Source: Clostridia bacterium
Lineage (GTDB): Bacteria; Bacillota; Clostridia; Christensenellales; UBA1242
Length of the DNA stretch: 37,586 nucleotides
Assembly (NCBI GenBank): GCA_036649955.1
Contig: JAVWAR010000001.1
Location: 1 to 37,586, forward strand
Direction of reading: 5' to 3'
The notes below the pieces were generated by a model that had not been told where the DNA came from, ran no database searches, and saw nothing but the letters and a program-made list of their open reading frames with translations. Shown here piece after piece: positions 25,767 to 35,607 of the stretch. The translations under genes were made by a program, and so were the position numbers. Each line of letters opens with the position of its first letter. Position 1 is the first letter of the stretch.

Positions 25767-26372
25767 TTATTTTTTTAGTTCTGCGATATAATCAGCGGGA
25801 TTAACCAGTATGCCATTTTGCCAAACTTCAAAATGTAAATGAATACCCTCGTCAATTTCATTTAATGAAGAGTTGCCCACTCTACCTATAAATTGACCTT
25901 GTAAAACCTTATCCCCAACCTTTACGTCAATATCATCTGCAAGTGAAGAGTACCCCGTTACAATTCCACCATCATGTTTAATTGTAATTTTTATGCCTTC
26001 CAACATATTGTTTTCAATTTTTTCAACTGTGCCATTCAAAACTGCACAAACATTACTGCCCTTTTCCGCCATAAAATCCACGCCCTGATGAGTTTGCCAT
26101 TGTTTTAATGTTTTTGACCACAACAATTCGTTTTCCGCATAACCCATTCCAAGTGTTGAATTTTTTACAGGCATTATCATTGTTACAACCTTAGGGTTAC
26201 TAACGTCTTCAACCATAGGCGGGTAATATTGAGAACCCATATTTTTATTTGTAAGTACAATGGCAGAAACCGATGCAATCATTACAAGCATAACCACGCA
26301 AAAACTTACTACCATTGCATAAGCATGCCTTTTAATAAAAACCTTTAATCTTTGAATAAATGTAACTTCCAT
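25767..26372 (-). CDS. Membrane-anchored M23 (LytM-type) metallopeptidase
   Basis: 201 aa. N-terminal TM helix. HQGVDF (HxxxD) and HLHFEV (HxH) zinc motifs are intact. AAGGAG RBS. Confidence 0.85.
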   Translation of the reverse strand: MEVTFIQRLKVFIKRHAYAMVVSFCVVMLVMIASVSAIVLTNKNMGSQYYPPMVEDVSNPKVVTMIMPVKNSTLGMGYAENELLWSKTLKQWQTHQGVDFMAEKGSNVCAVLNGTVEKIENNMLEGIKITIKHDGGIVTGYSSLADDIDVKVGDKVLQGQFIGRVGNSSLNEIDEGIHLHFEVWQNGILVNPADYIAELKK

Positions 26373-26422
26373 AATAATTCTCCTTAATTAATTGAATACT
26401 TGCCATTAATAATTTATTTATA

Positions 26423-26821
26423 CTAATAACTACCATAAATATATGGAAAACCAACGACAATTTTATTTTTACCTTCATAGACCTGCATATTGCAACCGCT
26501 AATTTTATATTTTTTCATTTTGGCAGAGCGACCATTATAAAATTTACCAATACTCGTTTCTTCAATTCCTTCCTTGATTGCACCAAACTGAAAGAAAATT
26601 TTATTTATATCAGTATTTTGTTTGTAAATAAACGTTTCGCCAATAATGACTCCATGTTTTTTGTACACATAATGTTCATCATTTAATTTGTATTCTGTTG
26701 CAAACGTCAAATTTTGTTTATGTTCATAATCTTTAACTTCACATTTACTATTCAGCAACTGAATTGTTATAATTAAGGCAAATGGCACAAGCATAAAAAC
26801 ACTAAAATATTTAATATTCAT
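26423..26821 (-). CDS. Small N-terminally anchored protein, unknown function
   Basis: 132 aa counted from ATG 26821 (AAGGAT upstream; the track start is TTG). One TM/signal segment FSVFMLVPFALIITIQLL. No motif recognised. Confidence 0.5.
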   Translation of the reverse strand: MNIKYFSVFMLVPFALIITIQLLNSKCEVKDYEHKQNLTFATEYKLNDEHYVYKKHGVIIGETFIYKQNTDINKIFFQFGAIKEGIEETSIGKFYNGRSAKMKKYKISGCNMQVYEGKNKIVVGFPYIYGSY

Positions 26822-26882
26822 AAAAAAACCATCCTTAAAGAATGGTTGACACAATAATATTAATTAAACATTAAATATAAAT

Positions 26883-28142
26883 TTATATTGTCCCATGATT
26901 TCTAAAAAAACCGAGCATACATGGCTTTGCATAAAACTCAGAACCATATGACACACACATATTTACAATTTTTTCATCAATTTTATAATTTTCTTGTACG
27001 TTGTTTAAGATTTCTTCCAATTCAGCAATTATTTTATTTAATGATTGCACGCATTGTTCTTTGGTGAATTTAAGTTTATACTCTTCACTTTTCAGTTTAT
27101 TCTGTTCAGGAACGGGTTTTAAAAATTTAAAAATTGAAACAAAGTTTAGATTAAATATTTTTTTCATATCACTTGCAAGAATAGATAAATTGACGGCTTT
27201 TGAAGTAAATTCGTTTATTTTCTTTAAATACAATTTAAGACAAATAAAAGAAAATTTTCTATTCAAATTACAAAAATCATTTTCAGTATATGAAGTTAGA
27301 CACAAGTAAGTACACGCAAGAAAAAATGGACTGAGAAAAAATAATTTCGTACCTCCAACATGTTCCATAATCAGGCTTATTTTAATAAACATTGATACAA
27401 AATTCATAATACTTTCCGGTGTAAGATTAGTAGAAATAATTTCATCAATTATTTTATATTGACGGGTAAGATATTCAAGAATATTTTTATCTACATCATT
27501 TCCTGCGTACATCTTTAAAAACTTATTTTCATAAAGGGAAACTTTATTGGTTAAATATATTGCAATCATATTTTTTATATTTATTTCATTAAATTTTAAT
27601 AATTCTTTATCAAATAAAATTGCTTTTGCCGTATTGCTTTTATAAAAATCAAAGTTTATACCATCAAAAATAAAATTAAATGATGTAAGATTGTATGTTG
27701 AAAAACTATTTGTAGGTATAATATAAAATTCATTATCATAAATTGAAGCCAAATACTTTCCAATTTCTAGTATACTGCTATTGCCAATAATAATCATTGC
27801 ATCAAATTTCTCAACAACTTCAATCTTTTCAGCATTATATATGCTTGGAACTATATCACTTGCAAGCAGTTTGATTGTTATATTTTCTGCTGATTTTTGT
27901 GCAAGTTCAAATACTTCTGTATAATTTTCATAGGTCTTTAAGTCTGACAATATAAAAAAGTTTTTGTATTTTTTTTCGTTAATTGTTTTATTAAAAAACG
28001 ACCGATAATCTGTTTCTACTAAATTATTGAAAACTTTGCATATACCAAGTTCAGCCATTTCACTTTCTAATTTTTCCACCAACTCACAAATCATATCAAC
28101 CTCACTATAAAAAGATAGCATGTCTACTTTAAAAGTAGCCAT
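26883..28142 (-). CDS. Divergent glycerol-1-phosphate dehydrogenase / Fe-ADH / DHQS-superfamily-like protein (probably non-catalytic)
   Basis: 419 aa. FFILSDLKTYENY ... DAMIIIGNSSILEIGKYLAS ... FYIIPTNSFSTYNLTS ... AKAILFDKELL follows the order of G1PDH/AraM motifs (vlivtD, D.vI.vGGGs..D..K, iPT..S.D, P.aii.D). The GGGS motif and acidic/metal positions are substituted. Assignment by eye only. Confidence 0.35.
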   Translation of the reverse strand: MATFKVDMLSFYSEVDMICELVEKLESEMAELGICKVFNNLVETDYRSFFNKTINEKKYKNFFILSDLKTYENYTEVFELAQKSAENITIKLLASDIVPSIYNAEKIEVVEKFDAMIIIGNSSILEIGKYLASIYDNEFYIIPTNSFSTYNLTSFNFIFDGINFDFYKSNTAKAILFDKELLKFNEINIKNMIAIYLTNKVSLYENKFLKMYAGNDVDKNILEYLTRQYKIIDEIISTNLTPESIMNFVSMFIKISLIMEHVGGTKLFFLSPFFLACTYLCLTSYTENDFCNLNRKFSFICLKLYLKKINEFTSKAVNLSILASDMKKIFNLNFVSIFKFLKPVPEQNKLKSEEYKLKFTKEQCVQSLNKIIAELEEILNNVQENYKIDEKIVNMCVSYGSEFYAKPCMLGFFRNHGTI

Positions 28143-28147
28143 GCTTT

Positions 28148-29629
28148 TTATTTTATCTTTTTAATTTTAAGTGGAGAAATTGTCGAATTTGTTGGTATAT
28201 ACTTTTCATCATACTTTTGTATTTTCTTTTTCTTGCAAGCAGAGGTTATTGAATTTACAATCATAAGGACTATTCCTTGAATAATTAAATAATAATAAGT
28301 AATGATACGCCAGCATAAAAATCCCCAAACAATATTAGTTCCCATATATTTACTTGTACCAAACATTGCAACAAAAGATAGTTCCATCATACCCGTACCA
28401 CCAGGAAGAGGAATATAACTTGATGCCATGGCACATATATAAAATCTCGCTATACTTTCCGCCCAATATGAAAGCGCATCACCAAAAGATGCAAAAGTTA
28501 CATTGGTAAACGCAAGACAAATAATAAATGGAATTGTAGCATTTAACAATATTTGAATGGCATTTGAACAAATTAAACCGAAAAATAATGATTTATTTTT
28601 TTTCAAATAATCAATGGAACTTTGAAATTCAAGAACTTGTTGCATTAATTTATCATACGAAACACGATAATTTTTTACAAATCTAAGTTTATATCCTATT
28701 TTAATACAGAATCTTGCAAGTGACCTTCCCCAAACCTTACTAGTTCCAACAAGAATTATTAAAAAAGTTGTTGCCGTTGTCACAATAACGCCAATAACAG
28801 ATAAAATTTTAAAGACAACCAATATCAGTTTGTTGGCTAAGGTTGTTTCAACTGGTGCTGCAAAAACCATAAACAATACAATGGCAATAATATACATAAC
28901 ATTAAAGGTCATCATTTTAATTATAGGTACACTCGTTGCAATGCCTGGTGAAACACCACGTTTTGACATATAAATAATTTGTGAAGGCTGAGCGCCTGCT
29001 GCAAGTGGCGTAATTGATTCGTAATATTTACCAGTAATTGCTGTGTTTAAACTTAGCACCGGCCTAGATTTACCGGTAGTTTTTTTAATGATTAAAAATA
29101 TACCAAAGGCATCAGCAACCATAATTAATAGCATAATAACAAAACCCGCTAATAACCACCAAAGCCTATTGCCTTGTTTTGCAATTATTGATGAAATACT
29201 AACATCGCCAGCACTATTTATCAAGCCTGCGACTAAAACGACTACTAAAACTATATTAATAAGTAAAAATAAAACACTAAATATTTTGCTTTTTTTATTT
29301 TTTTTCTTTACTTCAAAATTTTGAACTTCTTCCAATCTCTCTTTAACGACATCTGAGTCAATTATTGGAGAGTTTTCATCATTGACTGTTTCACTAAAAT
29401 TTGTAGTTTCTTCAAGCGCAACTTCTTCTTTTAGTTCTTGAATTTTTTTATTTTCAGTTTGTTGTTCTATACTTTGGCTATCAAAAATTGAGGCCTGCGT
29501 TTCTTTTAACAAATCATTTTTAGGCACAATAGAATCGTCATGAAGTTTTTTATCTTCATCACCAACATGTTTTTTCTGTAATTTTGTGCTTTTAAGATTT
29601 TTTACAATCTTTTTTGAATTGTCCGCCAT
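28148..29629 (-). CDS. Flippase-like / lysyl-phosphatidylglycerol-synthase-TM-domain (UPF0104) membrane protein with a roughly 115-aa charged N-terminal region
   Basis: 493 aa with about 8 TM helices. YYESITPLAAGAQPSQIIYMSKRGVSPG matches the conserved loop of the LPG_synthase_TM family (f.n.itP...GG.p.q...l...Gv). AAGGA RBS. Confidence 0.55.
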   Translation of the reverse strand: MADNSKKIVKNLKSTKLQKKHVGDEDKKLHDDSIVPKNDLLKETQASIFDSQSIEQQTENKKIQELKEEVALEETTNFSETVNDENSPIIDSDVVKERLEEVQNFEVKKKNKKSKIFSVLFLLINIVLVVVLVAGLINSAGDVSISSIIAKQGNRLWWLLAGFVIMLLIMVADAFGIFLIIKKTTGKSRPVLSLNTAITGKYYESITPLAAGAQPSQIIYMSKRGVSPGIATSVPIIKMMTFNVMYIIAIVLFMVFAAPVETTLANKLILVVFKILSVIGVIVTTATTFLIILVGTSKVWGRSLARFCIKIGYKLRFVKNYRVSYDKLMQQVLEFQSSIDYLKKNKSLFFGLICSNAIQILLNATIPFIICLAFTNVTFASFGDALSYWAESIARFYICAMASSYIPLPGGTGMMELSFVAMFGTSKYMGTNIVWGFLCWRIITYYYLIIQGIVLMIVNSITSACKKKKIQKYDEKYIPTNSTISPLKIKKIK

Positions 29630-29647
29630 GTTCTATCCTTTTAGCAA

Positions 29648-29676
29648 AGTTTACATCAAAATACCAGCCCTGTCAA
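29648..29676 (-). promoter_or_regulatory. Putative sigma-A promoter of the flippase-like gene
   Basis: Minus strand reads TTGACA (29676-29671), 17-nt spacer, TAAACT (29653-29648). Confidence 0.5.
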
Positions 29677-29683
29677 ATTTTTT

Positions 29684-29717
29684 ACAAAAAATTAAGACTG
29701 ATTACTCAATCTTAATT
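29684..29717 (-). terminator. Intrinsic terminator after the PrsA-like gene
   Basis: aattaaga (29690-29697) / tcttaatt (29710-29717) with a 12-nt loop. The minus transcript continues UUUUUUGU. Confidence 0.5.
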
Positions 29718-29723
29718 AAATTT

Positions 29724-31499
29724 TTATTTCTTTTTCTCGCCCATTAGTTTATCATACCCTTTAATAAAGTACTTAACAAACCCATTTTGCTCTTTCTTCT
29801 CTAAGATATCAGCCATATATTTATTGAAATAAGTGGCTTTTTTATCTGCAAGAACTTGCTCATAAATATAATCATAAATGGTTTTATTTGTAAAAAGCGA
29901 TATTTGAGTATTTTTCATTGCCTGAACAATAACTTCATCACTTGCACCAGATACATACTTAACTAGTTCTTCATTAAATGTAGGGTTGGTTACCATAATG
30001 ATATGAATACCATAAGTTGTAGCCTCATATGCATAAAGTTTACCAGTAGTATTAACCGTGCCATCATCATTGAATGTCAACTGAGCCAACAATTTTCTAG
30101 AAGTTTCTGCAAACTCCTGTGCCCAAGAACCATTTTCCTTTTCATTTGCTGGTACATAATATCCAGTATAGTATGTTGGTTTATCTTTATTAAATAAGCC
30201 TGGATCTTGGCTATATTTATACATTAATTTATTAAAGTCCATTGCAAAAGATGTATAAGTATAATCTTTTTCTGAACCAATTTTTAAAGCAAGTGCATCA
30301 ATTTCTGCTATAACATCACTAAAAACGACCTTACTTTCAGTTGCTGAAATCTCTTTATAATTGTCTTTATCATATCCGGGTGCTGTTTCATCATAATTTT
30401 CACGATATGCAACCTTAATTTCACCATTTTCAAGTTTAGCCTTAAATTCTGCAAGTTTGGCTTTATATTCTGCTCTATAAACCTCATCCTTTGCGGGATC
30501 ACTACCCGGTAAGTTTTTTAATATATCTTGCATCTCAGTCGTAAAGTTGATTAAAATATGTTGAACGCCAAAGTAACCTTTATTATCTTTACCATCAACT
30601 GTTGGATGATAAAGCGGTATTGTCTTTCTTTCAGAGTCCGTCATTGCTTTATTATAAGCCTCAATATTATTAAATGTCTGTTTGTCAGTATTTACAAGCG
30701 TGTTATATTTACCAACCAAATCACTATCAGTTATATTAATATTTTGTTCAATATATTCTTGATATTTTTCAACAAGTTTACTCTCGTATTGAACAGTATA
30801 AATTCTATTTAGTTCTGCATTAACAACACTATCAACAGAATCATCTTTCCCAAGAGTTTTAGCCGATGTTCTTAGGTCACTTACCCAAGAAATATAGGCT
30901 TTCATTCTATATTCTTTGTTTTCAAATTCTTTAAAATCAGCAGTATTGATAGGAAGTCCATTTTTATCACTAATAACAACGTCATCAGTAACAAACCCGT
31001 CACCATAACTAATTTCTTTAAGTGCCGAAAGAATATACTTTTTATAAATATAATTCTTTGATTCATCTTTACTTTCAATATAATCTTTGTAAAGTTTATC
31101 AGTTTCCTTATAATCATCAGCCTTTAAATATTCTTTAATTTTACCATCAAGCGTTTCGTTAACCGACTTATAAACTTTATCCCAAAGTTCATTAATCTCG
31201 GAATTTTTCAACTTAATTACGCCTCTCGCCTCAGTTAATATAAGTTTACGAGTAACAAGCGAATCATAAACAAGCGTCATCAAAGAATCACCACTATATC
31301 CGTAAATATAGTAATAGTAATTATAATAATATGTATAATACAAATTTACAACTTCTTCACGCGTGATATTTTCAGTGCCAACGACAGCCACAACTTCTCT
31401 ATTTGAAGCCAGCGCATCTTTTTGAAAAAGCGTACATCCAGTAAAAATGCAAAAAGACATACAAACACACAATAGTAATGCACAAATCTTCTTTTTCAT
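29724..31499 (-). CDS. PrsA/SurA-like lipoprotein with a parvulin-type PPIase domain
   Basis: 591 aa with lipobox IFTG|C. GVQHILINF ... YSQDPG ... TTYGIHIIMV resembles parvulin landmarks (HIL..., S.D.g, fGyHii) with a long insertion. Sits just downstream of mfd, where Clostridia carry a prsA-like gene. AGGGAG RBS. Confidence 0.55.
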   Translation of the reverse strand: MKKKICALLLCVCMSFCIFTGCTLFQKDALASNREVVAVVGTENITREEVVNLYYTYYYNYYYYIYGYSGDSLMTLVYDSLVTRKLILTEARGVIKLKNSEINELWDKVYKSVNETLDGKIKEYLKADDYKETDKLYKDYIESKDESKNYIYKKYILSALKEISYGDGFVTDDVVISDKNGLPINTADFKEFENKEYRMKAYISWVSDLRTSAKTLGKDDSVDSVVNAELNRIYTVQYESKLVEKYQEYIEQNINITDSDLVGKYNTLVNTDKQTFNNIEAYNKAMTDSERKTIPLYHPTVDGKDNKGYFGVQHILINFTTEMQDILKNLPGSDPAKDEVYRAEYKAKLAEFKAKLENGEIKVAYRENYDETAPGYDKDNYKEISATESKVVFSDVIAEIDALALKIGSEKDYTYTSFAMDFNKLMYKYSQDPGLFNKDKPTYYTGYYVPANEKENGSWAQEFAETSRKLLAQLTFNDDGTVNTTGKLYAYEATTYGIHIIMVTNPTFNEELVKYVSGASDEVIVQAMKNTQISLFTNKTIYDYIYEQVLADKKATYFNKYMADILEKKEQNGFVKYFIKGYDKLMGEKKK

Positions 31500-31568
31500 T
31501 CTTATCTCCCTTTCATTTTATTGATAATGATTATTATACTTGATTTAACATACAAATGCAATCACTTT

Positions 31569-34500
31569 TTACTCAATATTTAAGGATATATTTAAAAAAT
31601 CCTTCACAATATTAGCATTTTCAAGAACATTCGGTGAAGTAAATGCAAATTTAATACACCCAGCATTTAATTCTAACGCGCAAATGCTATTATATTTATA
31701 CACTGCTTTGGCGATATTTTCACTAGCAAGTATTGTTTGCGCATCTTTAAGAGTAAGTTTGCCCTGTGATGAATTAATTATAAGTTCCACAACCGACAAC
31801 CTTGAAGCCTTTGCTTTAAGCAGTGCAATAAATGCAAGATTTCGTACAACCAACGGCATTTTACCAAACATATCCTCAGTTTCTGCAAGTAATGAATTAT
31901 AATCTTTTTCATTTTCTATTCTTGAAATATTTTTATATGTTGTCATTCTGTTACTGCTATCAACAATATATTTTTCCGGTATAAATGCATCAAGAGATAT
32001 TTTCATTACTGTATCAATTTTCTCTTCACATTTTTCACCCTTTAAAATAGCAACTTCGTTTTCTAACATTTTACAATACAAATCATACCCTACTTTCTGC
32101 ATGTGACCATGCTGTTCAGCGCCTAGTAAATTTCCGCCACCTCTAATTTCAAGGTCACGCATTGCAATTTTAAATCCACTACCAAATTCAGTAAATTCCG
32201 AAATTGCATCAAGCCTTTTAGTCGCGTCTTCTGACAATACTTTATGCTCATCATAAGTAAAATACGCATATCCCATTCTATTACTTCTTCCAACTCTTCC
32301 CTTAATTTGGTAAAGTTGTGAAATTCCAAAATTATCCGCATCTATTACAATTAATGTATTGGCATTTTGAAAATCAACTCCATTTTCTATTATTGTGGTG
32401 CTAAGCAAAATATCCGCCTCACCAGTCTGGAACTGACGCATAACCTCTTCAAGTTCAACCCCACCCAACTGACCATGACCAACTGCAATTTGAACAGATG
32501 GTGGTAATAGTGATTGTATATGTTGTTTAAACTTATATATTGTTTCAACTCTGTTATACACAATAAAGACTTGCCCACCACGATTAATTTCGCGCATAAC
32601 AGCATCTCTTACAAGAGTATCCGTGTATTCCGTTACAAATGTTTGAACCGGTATTCTATCTACCGGTGGGGTTGCAATAATTGAACAATCTCTCATTCCG
32701 GACATTGACATGTGAAGAGTACGCGGTATTGGTGTTGCTGAAAGCGTAAGAACATCAACATTGCTTTTTATAAGTTTAAGTTTTTCCTTATCTTCCACGC
32801 CAAATTTTTGTTCTTCATCAAGAATAATAAGCCCTAAATCGTTAAATATTACATCTTTGCTAAGTAGTCTATGCGTTCCGCAAATAATATCCAACTTTCC
32901 ACTTTTTAAATCATTTAAGGTTTGAGTTTTTTCTTTTTCGGTTTTAAACCTGTTTAAACATCCAATATTTACACCAAAATCTTTCATTCTTTTTAGACAA
33001 GTTTTGTAATGTTGTTCTGATAAGATTGTTGTTGGCGCAAGAAATGCAACCTGTTTACCAGACAATACCGCTTTAAACCCCGCCCGCAGTGCGACCTCAG
33101 TTTTACCAAACCCAACATCTCCACAAAGTAAGCGCTCCATGACTTTGCCAGATTCCATATCTTTTTTAATTTCTTCAATACTTTTTATTTGGTCCTCAGT
33201 TTCTGCATATGGAAAAGATTCTTCAAATTCTCTCTGCATAATATCATCACTAGCAAAAACAAAACCCTTTCTACTTTCACGTTCAGCATATAGTGCAAGT
33301 AAATCAACAGCCATCTTTTTAATTGATTCTCTTACTTTTTGTTTAGTGCTTGCAAACTCTGCGCCACCTATTTTTGACAACCTTTTTGGTGTGTCCGCCC
33401 CACTAAACCTATCAAGTAAATTCATTTGGTCAATCGGAACAAATAACTTATCGTTATCTCTATATTTTACAACAACGAAATCTTTTGTACCAAATGAACC
33501 GCTTAAAGTTTCAGTACCTTCACAAATACCAATACCATGAATTTCATGTACAACATAATCACCAATTTTAGGCACACTAAAAACATCTTTTCGTTTCGCG
33601 GTAACAGAACTCTGTTTGATTTTTTTACGCAAAATATCATCACAACCAATAACCACAATCTTACTATCCAAAAGAATAAAACCACTTGATAGTTCAGCAG
33701 GAATAATGGCAGATTTTTTTGATGTCAAAGTCGCATTTTCGCAAACATCTAAAAATATATTATCTTCACTTAACATATCACGAACATTTAATGCCGAATT
33801 ATTGTCACGCGCAAATATTAAAACCTTAAAATCGTTTATATGCCAAGTTTCAATATCTTTTGCAAGCAATGCGGAATTTTGTGTATATTTGGTCATTGGA
33901 CCACACTTAAAATTAAATACAGCCTTTGGTTCGAAAAATCTATTCGCAGATGATAATTTCTGATGAACAAGAACAGTAAATTTATCTAACCTTTTTTTAA
34001 AAGACTCAAACGAAAAATATCCGCAATCACTACTTGTCAGCACCTCATCTGTTTTAAGGTATTCTTTAAATCTATTAATTATTTCGGTTTGATGTATGCC
34101 AAACGCGTCATAAACATTTTTGCCTTCATCAATGATAATAAGGTCATCTTCATTCATATAATCAAGCAGTGTGCCGAGCCTATCACTCATTAACGGAAAC
34201 AAATAATCTAAACTAAACCCCAATTCATCTTGCTCTATTTTTGATAAAAGTTCATTTATTATAGTTTTATAAGATTGTTCACTCTCTGCATTTTTAAAAG
34301 TTTTGGACTGAATTTTTGTAAGTTCTTTCATAATGTTTGATTTATTATTATCAAAAAACACATTTGTGAGCGGACACACAAAAAAACTATCCACCTTGGT
34401 AGATTTACTGCTTTGATTTTCTATATCCAGTTCACATATCTTGTCAATTTCATTATCAAAAAACTCTATCCTGTATGCAGTATCATTATAATTTAGTGGA

Positions 34501-35036
34501 TAAACATCAAGAATATCACCTCTCAATGAAAATTGTCCCACTGAACCAACCAACCCTTCATTACGATAGCCCATTTTTGAAAGAAAAGACGTAATAACTG
34601 ATGGCTCTATATTTTGACCAACTTTAATTATTTTAAAATGTTTTGTAAACACTTCTTTGCTTGGCAGTTTAGAAAGTAACCCATCAGCAGTTGCCACAAT
34701 TATATCTGTACTATCTGTTAAAACAGAAGAAAGGGTAAGTAATCTGCTTATATTGTTTTCATTGCTTTGAGCATGTTTATATGACAATATATCACTACCT
34801 GCTGGGAAAAAACAAGCATTCCTGCCAGATTCTATAAACTCATTATAAATATTTTTTGCTGATAAATAATCTCCCGCAATATATAAAACCCGCTTAGAAA
34901 AACAAGATGTAAAGTGAATTCTTTCACTTTTGCCCATACCAAAAGCCGAGGAAGAAATTCCGCCTCGGATAGCATTAATACATTTTGTGTACTCGCCACC
35001 TAATTTTTCAAAATCTAATCGTTCTTGTATTCTCAT
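31569..35036 (-). CDS. mfd: Transcription-repair coupling factor
   Basis: 1155 aa. CarD-like GDYVVHEIHGIG, helicase motifs GDVGFGKTEVA, DEEQKFG, LSATPIPRT and GRVGRS, and a TRG-type C-terminal region. The start overlaps the pth stop (TAATG). Confidence 0.95.
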   Translation of the reverse strand: MRIQERLDFEKLGGEYTKCINAIRGGISSSAFGMGKSERIHFTSCFSKRVLYIAGDYLSAKNIYNEFIESGRNACFFPAGSDILSYKHAQSNENNISRLLTLSSVLTDSTDIIVATADGLLSKLPSKEVFTKHFKIIKVGQNIEPSVITSFLSKMGYRNEGLVGSVGQFSLRGDILDVYPLNYNDTAYRIEFFDNEIDKICELDIENQSSKSTKVDSFFVCPLTNVFFDNNKSNIMKELTKIQSKTFKNAESEQSYKTIINELLSKIEQDELGFSLDYLFPLMSDRLGTLLDYMNEDDLIIIDEGKNVYDAFGIHQTEIINRFKEYLKTDEVLTSSDCGYFSFESFKKRLDKFTVLVHQKLSSANRFFEPKAVFNFKCGPMTKYTQNSALLAKDIETWHINDFKVLIFARDNNSALNVRDMLSEDNIFLDVCENATLTSKKSAIIPAELSSGFILLDSKIVVIGCDDILRKKIKQSSVTAKRKDVFSVPKIGDYVVHEIHGIGICEGTETLSGSFGTKDFVVVKYRDNDKLFVPIDQMNLLDRFSGADTPKRLSKIGGAEFASTKQKVRESIKKMAVDLLALYAERESRKGFVFASDDIMQREFEESFPYAETEDQIKSIEEIKKDMESGKVMERLLCGDVGFGKTEVALRAGFKAVLSGKQVAFLAPTTILSEQHYKTCLKRMKDFGVNIGCLNRFKTEKEKTQTLNDLKSGKLDIICGTHRLLSKDVIFNDLGLIILDEEQKFGVEDKEKLKLIKSNVDVLTLSATPIPRTLHMSMSGMRDCSIIATPPVDRIPVQTFVTEYTDTLVRDAVMREINRGGQVFIVYNRVETIYKFKQHIQSLLPPSVQIAVGHGQLGGVELEEVMRQFQTGEADILLSTTIIENGVDFQNANTLIVIDADNFGISQLYQIKGRVGRSNRMGYAYFTYDEHKVLSEDATKRLDAISEFTEFGSGFKIAMRDLEIRGGGNLLGAEQHGHMQKVGYDLYCKMLENEVAILKGEKCEEKIDTVMKISLDAFIPEKYIVDSSNRMTTYKNISRIENEKDYNSLLAETEDMFGKMPLVVRNLAFIALLKAKASRLSVVELIINSSQGKLTLKDAQTILASENIAKAVYKYNSICALELNAGCIKFAFTSPNVLENANIVKDFLNISLNIE

Positions 35037-35599
35037 TATTTCACGTCAATATTTAAATTTTGTAAAATTTTAGTAAAGGGTTCACCATTAATCAGTTCAA
35101 CAAGTGCATTCACTGCTCTGTCAATAGACTTAAAAATGTTTTCATCTTTAATTTTTGATAAAACATAGGTTGCAAGTTCAATATGGTCCGGTTTTGGACC
35201 AGTCGCAATTCTAAGCCTTTTAAATTCTTGCGTGCCAATAAGTTCAATAATATTTCGCATTCCGTTATGCGTACCAGCGCTACCACTTTCACGAAGGCGA
35301 AGAGTCCCTGCAACAATATCCACATCATCATATACAACAATTATATCAGCCACAGTTGCAGACGTATATCTAAGTACTTCTCTCACAGCCTCACCACTAT
35401 TATTCATATATGTAAGCGGTTTAACTAGTAATATTTTTTCGTTATTAATTTGAGTTTCAGCAATTAATGATTTATATTTCTCAACTTTAAAAGTTATAGA
35501 AAGTTTAGAAGCAAGTTCATCAAGTGCCATAAACCCAACATTATGATATGTTTTATCATATTTTTTCTCGGGATTGCCAAGACCTATAATAATTTTCAT
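35036..35599 (-). CDS. pth: Peptidyl-tRNA hydrolase
   Basis: 187 aa with IIGLGNPEKKYDKTYHNVGF, YMNNSGEAV and AGTHNGMRN motifs. Confidence 0.93.
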   Translation of the reverse strand: MKIIIGLGNPEKKYDKTYHNVGFMALDELASKLSITFKVEKYKSLIAETQINNEKILLVKPLTYMNNSGEAVREVLRYTSATVADIIVVYDDVDIVAGTLRLRESGSAGTHNGMRNIIELIGTQEFKRLRIATGPKPDHIELATYVLSKIKDENIFKSIDRAVNALVELINGEPFTKILQNLNIDVK

Positions 35600-35607
35600 A
35601 CGCCCGC

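Noticed and set aside
25767-26372. Interpreting the anchored M23 peptidase as a SpoIIQ-like sporulation protein.
   Set aside because: Its HxxxD and HxH zinc motifs are intact, and no other sporulation-specific genes (spoIID, spoIIID, spoVT and others) are present in the window. A generic cell-wall endopeptidase is the safer call.
31290-31340. Tandem-looking tat/tac-rich DNA inside the PrsA-like gene, considered as a microsatellite or phase-variation tract.
   Set aside because: It is not a perfect short tandem repeat. It encodes the Tyr-rich peptide in frame, so slippage-based phase variation is not supported.
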